Assembly: GCA_965207185.1 (NCBI GenBank) | Contig: OZ242271.1 | Location: 64,806 to 128,805 of the forward strand | Reading direction: 5' to 3' | DNA length: 64,000 nt | DNA from: Chloroflexota bacterium | Lineage (GTDB): Bacteria; Chloroflexota; UBA11872 | Part shown: one piece after another, positions 46,840-56,498 of the stretch | Numbering within the stretch: position 1 is the stretch's first letter | Layout of the letters: each line of letters opens with the position of its first letter | Notes under the pieces: model-generated | The model's database searches: none | What the model was told of the DNA's origin: nothing | Seen by the model: the letters and a program-made list of their open reading frames with translations, nothing else | Position numbers and translations under genes: made by a program

Positions 46840-48396
46840 TCACAGACGGCGCCAGCGGAACCCGTCGGCTCGGAGAAGGTCGCCGGCCTGGCGGGGACCC
46901 CAGCGGCCGGCTTCGTATGTGGGGAGGCGGGACACCGGATCGCCCTCCCATGCTTCGAGAATGGGCATAACCGCACGCCAGGCGGCTTCGGTTTCGTCAC
47001 GGCGGATGAAGAGCGTCTGGTCACCCAGCATCACGTCGAGCAGGAGGCGTTCATAGGCGTCCGGCGACTCTTCGGCGAAGCTCTGTCCGTAACCAAAGTC
47101 CATGCGGACCGGGCGCACGCGCATGGCCAGGCCGGGTTGCTTGGCCTCGAAGGTGATGGATACACCTTCGTCAGGCTGGATTCGCATGGCCAGGACGTTG
47201 GGCGGGACACCGTCGGGGTTGGAGTCGCCGAAGAGAAGATGCGGAACTTCGTTGAACTGAATGGCGATTTCGCTGGCGCGCTTGGCGAGGCGCTTGCCGC
47301 TGCGCAGGTAGAAGGGAACACCCTTCCAGCGCCAGTTGTCGATGAAGAGGCGGGCGGCAAAGTAGGTCTCGGTCGTGGAGTCAACATGGACGCCGTCTTC
47401 GTCGCGATAGGCCGGCACTTCCTGGCCGTCGACAAAGCCCGCGCCGTACGAGGCGCGCATGACGTTGCTGGCAACCTGATCAGGTTCGAGGTGGCGCAGC
47501 GCGCGCAGAACTTTGACCTTCTCGTCGCGGATGGAGTCGGCCTCGAAATCGACGGGCGGCTCCATGGCGACAAGAGCGAGAAGCTGCATGATGTGGTTTT
47601 GGACCATGTCGCGGAGAACGCCGGCTTCCTCGTAGTAGGTGCCGCGACCTTCAAGGCCGACTGACTCGGCCACGGTGATCTGGACCGAGTCGACGTAGCG
47701 GCGGTTCCAGACCGGTTCAAAGATCACGTTGGCAAAGCGGAGGACGAGGACGTTCTGGACGGTCTCCTTACCCAGGTAATGATCGATGCGGTAGATCTGC
47801 GATTCATCGAAGACATCGTTGGCGATGGCATTGAGTGACAGAGCGGTGGCGAGGTCGCGGCCAAAGGGCTTCTCGATGACGATGCGGGTGGTGCCGGGGC
47901 CACGGTTGAGACCGGTTTCGCCGAGCAGGCGGATGATCTCGGGGAAGAGGCTGGGCTGGGTGGCGAGGTAGAAGATGCGGTTGCCGCCAGTGCCGTGGCG
48001 GGTCTCGATTTCGGCCAGTTCGCGCTTCAGGTCCTCGTAGCCCGCATGGGTGCTGAAGTCGCCGCGAACGTAGTAGAGGCCCTGCTGGAAGGCGTTCCAG
48101 AGTTCGGGGTCAGGCTTGCCGGTGCGGGAAAAGCCGGTGGTGGCTTCGTGTTGGCGGACCCGGTAGCTCTCGTGGTCCATCGGGCGGCGGCCAAGGCCAA
48201 CGACGGCGAGTGAGGACGGGAGAAGCGCGTTGCGCTCAAGGTTGTAGAGGGCGGGAATGAGCTTGCGGGCGGCCAGGTCGCCGGAGCCGCCGAAGATGAT
48301 GAGGGTGTGGCCGGGCGGAGCCTCCTGGAAGGATAGGCCCTCACGTAGGGGGTTGACTCCAAACGCAGTGTCCAGGGCCTGGCCGTTCATGCTCAT
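46840..48396 (-). CDS. zwf: Glucose-6-phosphate 1-dehydrogenase
   Basis: It has the NADP-binding motif LIIFGGSGDLAARKL and the active-site motif RIDHYLGKE. The ATG at 48396 was chosen (MSMNGQ...). The ORF-track extension is spurious. Confidence 0.9.
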   Translation of the reverse strand: MSMNGQALDTAFGVNPLREGLSFQEAPPGHTLIIFGGSGDLAARKLIPALYNLERNALLPSSLAVVGLGRRPMDHESYRVRQHEATTGFSRTGKPDPELWNAFQQGLYYVRGDFSTHAGYEDLKRELAEIETRHGTGGNRIFYLATQPSLFPEIIRLLGETGLNRGPGTTRIVIEKPFGRDLATALSLNAIANDVFDESQIYRIDHYLGKETVQNVLVLRFANVIFEPVWNRRYVDSVQITVAESVGLEGRGTYYEEAGVLRDMVQNHIMQLLALVAMEPPVDFEADSIRDEKVKVLRALRHLEPDQVASNVMRASYGAGFVDGQEVPAYRDEDGVHVDSTTETYFAARLFIDNWRWKGVPFYLRSGKRLAKRASEIAIQFNEVPHLLFGDSNPDGVPPNVLAMRIQPDEGVSITFEAKQPGLAMRVRPVRMDFGYGQSFAEESPDAYERLLLDVMLGDQTLFIRRDETEAAWRAVMPILEAWEGDPVSRLPTYEAGRWGPRQAGDLLRADGFRWRRL

Positions 48397-48409
48397 GGGA
48401 AATACTCCG

Positions 48410-50128
48410 TCAGTCGGCGATGGCGTTCGGCAGGGCGGTTCGAAGCGCGGCGGCAACCGCGTCCAAGCCAGTTGACGAGTCGGCGAGGTGCAGGCGAAGG
48501 CGGCGGCGTTCGCGGGCGGCGAGGGACTCGAAATCTCCGAGGGCCTGGGCATCAATGAGGGTGCCGAAGCTATAGCCGCGGGCAGGGACGTCGACGTCAT
48601 CCTGGTGATCGGCGGTGATCTGCAGGAAAACCCCCGTGTCGGGGCCGCCCTTGTGCAGTTGGCCGGTGGAGTGCAGGAAGCGGGGACCGTAACCGAGGGT
48701 GACGGCACGGTGAAGGGCGTCGCGGAGGAGGGCCTGGATGGTCCGCAGGTCGGCGTCGTGCGCGGGCGTGCGGTCGAGGTAGGCCTGAATGGATATGTAG
48801 TCGCCGGGGCTGATTGACACAAGCCAACCGGCCAGGGCGGCGGTCAGGTCTGGGGCCTGGCTTCCGGCGGCGAGCACACCGTTGGCACTGGGACCGGTGG
48901 GTAAGTCGAAGGGCGCGCCGGAGGCAGCGATCTGGCCGAGGACGCGATCCGTGTTGTCCTTGCTCTCGGCGACGCTCGGCTGGTCAAATGGATTTATGTC
49001 AAGCAGCGAGCCGGCGACCGCGGTGGCAAGTTCCCAGGTGAGGAAGTGAGCGCCGAGGTCGTGTGGATCGTCCAGTGGGAAAGTGATGACCGGGTGGCCT
49101 GCGTCGGCAAGCGCGTCCAGGCGACCGGCGCGGCCCTCATCGGGGTCGCCGGCGAGGGCGAGTTCCATGAAGACACGATCGTTGTCGTAGACGCAAGGAT
49201 CGCCCAGCGGCTCGCCGTCGACAGGCACGATGCCCTGGCCTTCCTTGCCGGTGCTCTCGGCGACTAGCTGCTCGACCCAGGCTCCAACGGGCTGGAGGGA
49301 GGCGGAAGGAACGAGGGTGAGTTTGTCCCGACCGGCTCTGGCGAGCTCTCCGAGCGCCACGCCGATGGTGACGGGTGGATTGGTGTTGACCGAGGCGTTG
49401 GCAGCAGAGGTTTGACCGGCAGCGATGGCGCGGTCGAGTAGCGGCGCAAGGTCGATGCCGGCCAGCGCTGCGGGGACGAGTCCGAAGAACGAGAGGGCGG
49501 AGTAGCGACCGCCAATGTCGGGCGGGTTGAGAAAGACACGGGCGTAGGCGTGGTCCTGCGCGAGCGAGGCCAGGCTGGTGCCGGGATCGGTGATGGCGAC
49601 GAAGTGGCGGCCGGGCGAATCAACGCCGGACGCGGCGTAGCGCGACCAGAAGTACTCGGCCAGGGTGGCAGTTTCCAGGGTGCCGCCGGACTTGCTGGCG
49701 ACGATGAATAGCGACCGGTCAAGGCTGAGACCGGATTCGACGCGGCGGATGGCGACGGGGTCCGTGGTGTCGAGGACGGTGAGTTGGGGCGCTTCTTCGG
49801 CCGGGGGGATGACGGCGGCCATGACTTCGGGGGCGAGGCTGCTGCCGCCCATGCCAAGGAGGACCACGTCGTCGACCTGTTTGGCGATCTCGGCGCTCCA
49901 GGCGGAGAGGTCGTCGACCCCGGCTCGCATGGATTCGGCCACGCGCAACCACCCGAGGCTGTCGGCAATCTGGTTTTGGACGAGGGGATTCTGGGTCCAG
50001 AGAGAGAGATCGGCAGCCCAGAGACGACGGGCAACGTCATTGGCCTGGGCGCGATCCAAGGCTTCGGCAACGGCTTCGGTAGCCGAGCCGAAGCGAGCGG
50101 TGGGACCCTCGCCGGACATTGCCGCCAC
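48410..50128 (-). CDS. pgi: Glucose-6-phosphate isomerase
   Basis: It has the PGI signatures ...DIGGRYSALS... and ...INPFDQPSVAESK... It is 572 aa. Confidence 0.85.
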   Translation of the reverse strand: MAAMSGEGPTARFGSATEAVAEALDRAQANDVARRLWAADLSLWTQNPLVQNQIADSLGWLRVAESMRAGVDDLSAWSAEIAKQVDDVVLLGMGGSSLAPEVMAAVIPPAEEAPQLTVLDTTDPVAIRRVESGLSLDRSLFIVASKSGGTLETATLAEYFWSRYAASGVDSPGRHFVAITDPGTSLASLAQDHAYARVFLNPPDIGGRYSALSFFGLVPAALAGIDLAPLLDRAIAAGQTSAANASVNTNPPVTIGVALGELARAGRDKLTLVPSASLQPVGAWVEQLVAESTGKEGQGIVPVDGEPLGDPCVYDNDRVFMELALAGDPDEGRAGRLDALADAGHPVITFPLDDPHDLGAHFLTWELATAVAGSLLDINPFDQPSVAESKDNTDRVLGQIAASGAPFDLPTGPSANGVLAAGSQAPDLTAALAGWLVSISPGDYISIQAYLDRTPAHDADLRTIQALLRDALHRAVTLGYGPRFLHSTGQLHKGGPDTGVFLQITADHQDDVDVPARGYSFGTLIDAQALGDFESLAARERRRLRLHLADSSTGLDAVAAALRTALPNAIAD

Positions 50129-50148
50129 AGTTCCTCTTTAGGTCCTCT

Positions 50149-51276
50149 TTAGGAGGCGAGCGCCCCCGCCTTGGCCTCCAGGTCATTCAGCAGGTCGTCG
50201 TAGGAGTCGATGAATTTCTGAACGCCCTCGTCCTGAAGCTGGTCCATGATGGCGTCCAGGTCGACACCCAGCGCGGCCAGCCGTTCGAGGACGCCGCTCC
50301 AGTAGTCCGGGTCGCTGCTGACCGTGGACTGCACCTCGCCCTGGTCGCGGAAGGCGTCCATCGTGGCGGAGGGCATGGTGTTGACGGTGTTCGGGCCGAT
50401 GAGTTCATCCACGTAGAGGGTCGCCGGGTAGGCCGGGTTCTTGGTGCTGGTGCTGGCCCAGAGGGGGCGTTGGGGCTGAGCGCCATCGGCGGCGAGGGCC
50501 TGGTAGCGCTCGGAGGCCGAGATTTCCTCAAAGATCTCGTAGACGGCCTTGGAGTTGGCGATGGCGACCTTGCCGAGAAGCGAGCGGATTTCATCGGCGT
50601 CATCCGCGCGCTCCGCCATGAGTGCTTCGAGTTGGGCATCGACGGCAGTGTCGATGCGGCTGACGAAGGTGCTGGCCACGGAGGCGACGTCGTCCACCGG
50701 CTCGCCGGCGGCGGCCCGGTTTTCCAACGCGCTGAGGTAGGCATCCACCACGCCGCGGTAGACGGCCTGGGCAAAGATGAGGGTGATGTTGACGTTGACG
50801 CCCTCGGTGATCAGGGTCTCGACGGCGGGCAGGCCGGCCGGGGTGGCGGGGACCTTGATCATGAGGTTCGGACGATCGACCGAGGCGACCAGGCGGCGGG
50901 CTTCCTCGACGGTGCCCTCAGTATCGTGGGCCAGGCGCGGAGAGACTTCCAAACTCACGAAACCATCGGTCATTCCCGATTCATCGAAGACCGGACGCAG
51001 CACGTCGCAGGCAGCGGCGATGTCGTCGACGGCGATGGCTTCGAACATCTCCTCGGGCGAGAGGCCCTGGGCGCCGAGGCGGCGGATGTCCTCGTCGTAG
51101 GTGTCGCTGCCCTTGATGGCCTCCTGGAAAATGGTTGGGTTGGAAGTCATGCCGCGGACGCCTTCTTCGGCGACCAGGCGGGCGAGTTCTCCCGAGTCGA
51201 CCAGGTCCCGGCTGAGGAAGTCCAGCCAGACGCTTTGACCGTGGGCATGGAGTTCGTGCAGCGGGGTTTGAGACAT
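50149..51276 (-). CDS. tal: Transaldolase
   Basis: It has the ...GVRGMTSNPTIF... active-site region. It is 375 aa and is of the long actinobacterial-type form. Confidence 0.9.
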   Translation of the reverse strand: MSQTPLHELHAHGQSVWLDFLSRDLVDSGELARLVAEEGVRGMTSNPTIFQEAIKGSDTYDEDIRRLGAQGLSPEEMFEAIAVDDIAAACDVLRPVFDESGMTDGFVSLEVSPRLAHDTEGTVEEARRLVASVDRPNLMIKVPATPAGLPAVETLITEGVNVNITLIFAQAVYRGVVDAYLSALENRAAAGEPVDDVASVASTFVSRIDTAVDAQLEALMAERADDADEIRSLLGKVAIANSKAVYEIFEEISASERYQALAADGAQPQRPLWASTSTKNPAYPATLYVDELIGPNTVNTMPSATMDAFRDQGEVQSTVSSDPDYWSGVLERLAALGVDLDAIMDQLQDEGVQKFIDSYDDLLNDLEAKAGALAS

Positions 51277-51495
51277 CGAAACCTCCGGGGCCGGAGCAGC
51301 GGACGCCGGCCGAGGTCAATCGTGCAAGTGGCTGCCTTACACGAGTAAGTCTGCTACCGCAATCGTACCAACGGCCGCAGGCGGCGCTTACGAGAGCCTA
51401 GGTGTTCAACTGATGGTTAGCTCAGGGCTACAACCAGCGCTGGGTCCTGGGTATGGAACCGGTTTTCGAGCGCTCGGACTTCGCGGCGCCTCGAG

Positions 51496-51957
51496 TCAAG
51501 AGCTGAGGCGTTCGCCGCGTTCGAGGGCCTGGACCTTGCGGAGGCGGCGGACGTAGCGCTCCTCGTCGTCGGCGAAGCGAGCGAGGAGAAAGGCATCGAC
51601 GAGTTCCTCGATGAGCGAGAGTCCGACGATGCCGGAGCCCAGGCAGAGGATGTTCATGTCGTCGTGCTCGACGCCCTGCCGGGCGGAATAGGTGTCGTGA
51701 CACATGCCGGCGCGGGCGCCCGCCACCTTGTTGGCGGCCACGCAGGCGCCGACGCCGCTGCCGCAGACGATGATTCCGCGGTCGGCCTGGCCGGAGGTGA
51801 CAGCCTCGGCTACGGCTGCTGCGTAGTCGGGGTAGTCGACGGATTCATCGGAGTGGGCGCCGAAATCGATGACCTCGCAGCCGGCAGCCCGCAGGATCGC
51901 AACGAGGTCGGACTTGATGGCAAAGCCGCGGTGGTCCACGCCGATGGCGACGTTCAT
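51496..51957 (-). CDS. rpiB: Ribose-5-phosphate isomerase B (RpiB/LacAB family)
   Basis: The sequence MNVAIGVDHRGFAIKSDLV... is followed by GIIVCGSGVGACVAANK. The ATG at 51957 was chosen. Confidence 0.85.
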   Translation of the reverse strand: MNVAIGVDHRGFAIKSDLVAILRAAGCEVIDFGAHSDESVDYPDYAAAVAEAVTSGQADRGIIVCGSGVGACVAANKVAGARAGMCHDTYSARQGVEHDDMNILCLGSGIVGLSLIEELVDAFLLARFADDEERYVRRLRKVQALERGERLSS

Positions 51958-52026
51958 GACGGTCTCCCGTTGCTGGCAGTGCACAGCGGTAGTTTCCGCC
52001 ACCTGAGGTTTGGATGCACGCCCGGG

Positions 52027-53544
52027 TCACACACGACGGGCCTCAAGGCCACCGGCGCCGGACATGCGTTGGTAGAGACGGCGCTGGCGGGCGCGGGCTT
52101 CCTGGTAGACGGCATGGTGGGCAGGCTCAGGTTCGAATGGTTGGACGCCGTCGGTCTCGCTGTCCGCAGGGACGAAGTGGCCCAGCGCCTGCAGCGCCCA
52201 GATAGCGGCGCCGCGGCTGGTGGGTTCGGCAACGGCGGAGCGGATGACGGGTCGGCCCAGCACGTCGGCAAGGATCTGCGTCCAGCGGTCCGAGCGCTGA
52301 AGTGCGCCGCCGGAGACGTGGACGACATGGGGTTCGCCGATGACGGGAACGAGCAGGTCGTAGATAGCGGCCAGGCGGTAAGCGACGGCTTCAATGCCCG
52401 CGAGCAGAAGGTCGGCCGGCTTGGTGTTAAGGCGCGCGCCGTGGATGGTAGCGCGGGCGGCGTCGTCCCAGCCGGGGCTGCGTTCGCCGGCCAGAAACGG
52501 AAGCACGGTGAGGCCGTGACCATCCGGGGGCAGGTGGGCAATCACGTTGTCGGGGTCGTCGCCGCGGACGCCGCGCAGGAAGTCGCGCAACCAGGCGACG
52601 ACGATTCCGCCATTGCTCTCGGCACCGCCCACGAGCGAGCGCGAAGGGTCGACGCGGTATTCCCAGAGGCCGGCGGGCACCGAGCGAACCGGGCCCGGAA
52701 CCAGGGCACGGACCGCGGCACTGGTGCCGATGTTGAAGACGATGGCGTCGGCCTCGCCGGGGGCGGTCCCGAGGTTGCTGCACAGTCCGTCACCCAACGC
52801 GGGGAACCATGGAACACCCGCGAGGGCAGGCCAGCGTTCTCGCCAGGGGTCGGTCAGTCCCAGGAGAGGTTCGCCGGCTGGATCGACGCGGCCCAGGGAG
52901 CCGGGATCGACGTTAAGGGCGCCAAGGGTGGCGAGATCCCAATCGAGTTCACGGCGGTTGAGCATGCCGGACCAGGCGGCGAGGCTGAGACCCAGGCCGC
53001 CGGGCCGGCCGAATAGACGCTCAGCGGCGTATTCGGCGAAGGTGATCCAGCGGGCAACGTGGCGGACCACGTGGGGCTGCGTGCGACGCAGCCAGCGAAG
53101 GCGCGGCGGCAGATAGCTGGCGTGGATGGGCGTGCCGGTCCGGTCGTAGGAGCCGGCCACATCCCATTCCTGGCGGAGGACTGCCGCGTCGTCAGCACAA
53201 CGCGTGTCAGCGTAGGTGTAGATCGGGGTCCGGGGTTCACCCGCGGAACTGACGCCGAGGACGCTTGAGGCGAAGACGCTGGCGCCCACACCCTGGATGG
53301 CCTCGACCTGCGGGCCCAGGCGCTGGAGGGCGATGTCGATGGCCTGGGCCAGGCGGTCAAAGAGAACGTCCGCGTCGATCTGCACGCCGCCGTCGGGCGT
53401 GGTGTCGAAGCTCGAGGCGATCTGCGCCTCGCTACCGGGGAGCGGGTCGCCGTCGGCGGTGTGCGCGGCGGCGCGGACCGAGGAGCTTCCGACGTCGATG
53501 CTGAGGACCAGCGGCGACCGGGCCACTGACCAACCTCTCGCCAC
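52027..53544 (-). CDS. FGGY-family carbohydrate kinase (gluconokinase/xylulokinase-like)
   Basis: It has the N-terminal sugar-kinase fold LVLSIDVGSSSVRAA and the C-terminal FGGY domain ...VSGGALQRSDRWTQILADVLGRPV... Confidence 0.8.
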   Translation of the reverse strand: MARGWSVARSPLVLSIDVGSSSVRAAAHTADGDPLPGSEAQIASSFDTTPDGGVQIDADVLFDRLAQAIDIALQRLGPQVEAIQGVGASVFASSVLGVSSAGEPRTPIYTYADTRCADDAAVLRQEWDVAGSYDRTGTPIHASYLPPRLRWLRRTQPHVVRHVARWITFAEYAAERLFGRPGGLGLSLAAWSGMLNRRELDWDLATLGALNVDPGSLGRVDPAGEPLLGLTDPWRERWPALAGVPWFPALGDGLCSNLGTAPGEADAIVFNIGTSAAVRALVPGPVRSVPAGLWEYRVDPSRSLVGGAESNGGIVVAWLRDFLRGVRGDDPDNVIAHLPPDGHGLTVLPFLAGERSPGWDDAARATIHGARLNTKPADLLLAGIEAVAYRLAAIYDLLVPVIGEPHVVHVSGGALQRSDRWTQILADVLGRPVIRSAVAEPTSRGAAIWALQALGHFVPADSETDGVQPFEPEPAHHAVYQEARARQRRLYQRMSGAGGLEARRV

Positions 53545-53633
53545 GGCACATCACTCGTATCGTCGAGCCGACGTCAGTTTAGGGTGAGGGCCTCTCTATA
53601 CTTCGCGCGCCAGGCGGCGGGGGAGCGCCCAGC

Positions 53634-54830
53634 ATGATGGCCCGAGCGTGCGACCTTCTGGTGGTGGGCGGAGGTCCGGCGGGAGCGGCTGCGGCCATCG
53701 CCGCACGGCGGTCAGCGCCGGAGCTTGAGACGCTGGTCCTGGACCGACAGGCGTTTCCTCGCGACAAGGCCTGCGGCGACGGATTGGGGCCGGGCGTGGT
53801 GGCGCGGCTGGCGGACCTTGACGCCGACGACATCGTGCGGGGGCGCCGGCCGGTCGAGCGACTGAAAATCGTTGCGCCGTCAGGCGCCGAGGTTGTGGGC
53901 GACCTGCCGGCGATCGGCTCAGCCGCACGGGGCTACGTGGTGCCGCGGTCGGAGTTTGACAACGATCTGCTGACGCGTGCCCGAGAGGCGGGCGCCGAGG
54001 TATGGACCGGCAGCCGGCTGGCGGGGCTGGAGCGGCCCGGCGCTGGACCGGTTCGGGTCGCGGCAAGCGGGCCGAACGGGCTGGTTTCCATTGAGGCGCA
54101 GGCCGTAATTGCGGCCGATGGAGCGCGCTCGGACGTGCGGCGCTTGTTAGGCGTGGCATACAACAACTCGGAGCACACGGGTGTGGCGATTCGCGCCTAC
54201 GTGGAGCGACCCGGCGGGTTCGAGCACATGGCGTTCTACTTCAAGCGCCAACTGCTGCCGGCCTACGGCTGGATTTTTCCGATCGACGAGCGTGGCGCCA
54301 ACGTGGGAGTGATGATCGACGCCGCGCGCTTTCGGCGGCAGGCGCGCAGCTTGCCCGAACTGCTGCGCGGTTTTCTGAGATCGAGCGGGCACGAGGATCT
54401 TGAGCCGACGGAGTCCCGCGCCTACATGCTGCCCTTCGCCAGCCACGTCCCGCCGCTGGTTCATGGGCGGGTGGCGCTGGTTGGGGACGCCGGGTCAATG
54501 ATCAACCCATTCTCGGGCGAGGGGATTGCCTACGGGATGGCGGCTGGCATGGAAGCGGCGACCAGGGCCATGCGGACGCTGCGGTCAGACGCCGGCGGTC
54601 TGCCGTTTGAGGGATTCGATGCGTGGTTTCGCCGGCGCTTTGGGGAGCACTTTCGGGCCTCTGCCAGGGCCAAGCGGCTGGCGCAGCGGGCCTGGATTGC
54701 AGACTTCGGCGTGCGAGCCGCGCGACAGCGGCCGGAATTCGTGCGAGAAGGCATCGAGCTGCTGGTAGGCGAAGGCACCGCGCTTACGTGGCGAAGCCTG
54801 GCTCGGCTGCTGCTTCACGGGCGTCGTTAG
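53634..54830 (+). CDS. Geranylgeranyl reductase-family FAD-dependent oxidoreductase
   Basis: It has the FAD motif LLVVGGGPAGAAAA, the sequence ...RDKACGDGL... and the GDAGSMINPFSGEGIAYGM signature. Confidence 0.8.
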   Translation: MMARACDLLVVGGGPAGAAAAIAARRSAPELETLVLDRQAFPRDKACGDGLGPGVVARLADLDADDIVRGRRPVERLKIVAPSGAEVVGDLPAIGSAARGYVVPRSEFDNDLLTRAREAGAEVWTGSRLAGLERPGAGPVRVAASGPNGLVSIEAQAVIAADGARSDVRRLLGVAYNNSEHTGVAIRAYVERPGGFEHMAFYFKRQLLPAYGWIFPIDERGANVGVMIDAARFRRQARSLPELLRGFLRSSGHEDLEPTESRAYMLPFASHVPPLVHGRVALVGDAGSMINPFSGEGIAYGMAAGMEAATRAMRTLRSDAGGLPFEGFDAWFRRRFGEHFRASARAKRLAQRAWIADFGVRAARQRPEFVREGIELLVGEGTALTWRSLARLLLHGRR

Positions 54831-54867
54831 CCGCCCTCCGGCACCACAGCGTGCCAAGCGGCCAGGG

Positions 54868-55398
54868 TTATGCGGTCTTGGTAGGTGCTTCGTCCTCGCC
54901 GTTGGTGTTCATGGCAGGAGACACGCTGCCGGAACCTGACGACGCGTCGCGGACCGTGGATGCTTCGTCGGACTCTGCCGCAGCTTCCGCGGAGGTGGCC
55001 GCAGTCGCCTGCGACTGATCCACTGGCTCGTCCGACTTGGGGGACGTGGTCTGCGGTTTCGAGGGTGGTGCGGGCGTCGGCGACTCAGTGTGTTCGCCAC
55101 GGATCCGGTCGCCGATTTCGGTGAGGGCTGCGTCAACGCGTTTCACGACGTGCTGCGTGCGCTCGTGCCTGAGGGCGTCGTCGACGCGCTCCATGGCCTT
55201 GTCGCCAAGCGACACCATTTCGCCGCGGACCCGGCGTGCTTCCTCACTCTCCAGTCCGGCTTCGACTCGAGACTTTGCTTGGGTAAGGCGCTCTCGCACC
55301 TTTTCGCCGCGCTCGCCGCCGACTTCGTCGCCGACTCGCTTGATCAGGCCGTCGAGGCGCCGCCCCCAGCCCTTCTGGTCCTTGTCCTCCGCGCACAT
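54868..55398 (-). CDS. Hypothetical protein with a charged helical N-terminal half and a Ser/Thr/Pro/Ala/Glu-rich acidic tail
   Basis: It is 176 aa. The N-terminal part (KR/E-rich, ...VRERLTQAKSRVEAGLESEEARRVRGEMVSLGDKAMERVDDALRHERTQHVVKRVDAALTEIGDRIR...) looks like helical repeats. The C-terminus is low-complexity. Confidence 0.45.
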   Translation of the reverse strand: MCAEDKDQKGWGRRLDGLIKRVGDEVGGERGEKVRERLTQAKSRVEAGLESEEARRVRGEMVSLGDKAMERVDDALRHERTQHVVKRVDAALTEIGDRIRGEHTESPTPAPPSKPQTTSPKSDEPVDQSQATAATSAEAAAESDEASTVRDASSGSGSVSPAMNTNGEDEAPTKTA

Positions 55399-55487
55399 TG
55401 TGTCTCCAGTTCCGTTGGGTTCTCACTGCCGAGCTTACTGCGGCGGCTCGTGCTACCGTCCCGCTGTTGGAATCAGGAGCCATCCCC

Positions 55488-56492
55488 ATGAGCACGCCGC
55501 GTCGTGTCGCCGTAGTCGAAGTCAACCACTGGCATTCCACCTACGACGCCGCTTACCTGACCGTTCTACAGAACCTGGATCTCGACCTGGAACTGGTGGG
55601 GGTGTCGGACAGCGACGCCGCGATCGCCGAGGACCGGGCGCGACGCTACGAGACGACGGCGTTTACCGACTATCGAGAAATGATCGACGCGACGAAGCCG
55701 GACTTCGTGATCGCGCTGGGGCGGCATGCCGAGATGCCGGAGATCGCGCGATTCCTGATTGAGGCCGACATTCCGTTCCTGATGGAAAAACCTATGGGGA
55801 CGAGTGCGGATGTGGTGCGGGGGCTGGCAGACCTGACTGAAGAGCGCGGAGCGTGGGTGTCGGTGCCGTTTCCCAACAGGCAGTCGCCGTGGGCCGAAAA
55901 GGCGCGGGAGATGATCGCGGCGGACGAGTTCGGGCCGATTTCGCACATCGTGTTCCGGATCATCCGGCCCACCATGCAGCGGTATGTCGAGTGGGACTCG
56001 CCCTGGATGCTGGACCGCTCGCAGGCGGGCGGCGGCGCGCTGACCAACCTGGGCGGCCACGGCATGGACATGTCCAGGTTCCTGCTGGGCGAAGACGTGC
56101 AAGTGGCGTCGGCGGTAATCAGCAACATCGTTCATGCATCGGAGGTCGAGGACTACGCCCTGGCCACGCTGCGCAGTTCGAGCGGGACGCTGGTGCACGT
56201 GGAGGTGGGCTACACCATGCCCACCTGGCCGGCGAACGAATCAGACTCGGAGATGAAGGTGGCCGGCTCGAACGCCATGCTGAGCGCCGTTTCGGACGGA
56301 CTGCAGATCCTGGCGCCGGGTCGAAACGAGCACATCGCGACACCGGTCACGGTGGTGTCCTCATATCCGAACTTTGTCAGGGATTGCCTGGAGCGGGTGG
56401 GTCGCGGAGATCCCCCGGCGATCACCCCCAGGGATTGCGCAAACGCCGTGCAGCTAATCGAGGATTCGTATCGAGCGGCCGGGCGGGTCTAA
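55488..56492 (+). CDS. Gfo/Idh/MocA family oxidoreductase
   Basis: It begins MSTPRRVAVVEVNHWHSTYDAAYL... and contains ...EKPMGTSADVV... The ATG at 55488 was chosen over the ORF-track start at 55398. Confidence 0.75.
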   Translation: MSTPRRVAVVEVNHWHSTYDAAYLTVLQNLDLDLELVGVSDSDAAIAEDRARRYETTAFTDYREMIDATKPDFVIALGRHAEMPEIARFLIEADIPFLMEKPMGTSADVVRGLADLTEERGAWVSVPFPNRQSPWAEKAREMIAADEFGPISHIVFRIIRPTMQRYVEWDSPWMLDRSQAGGGALTNLGGHGMDMSRFLLGEDVQVASAVISNIVHASEVEDYALATLRSSSGTLVHVEVGYTMPTWPANESDSEMKVAGSNAMLSAVSDGLQILAPGRNEHIATPVTVVSSYPNFVRDCLERVGRGDPPAITPRDCANAVQLIEDSYRAAGRV

Positions 56493-56498
56493 GACCCC

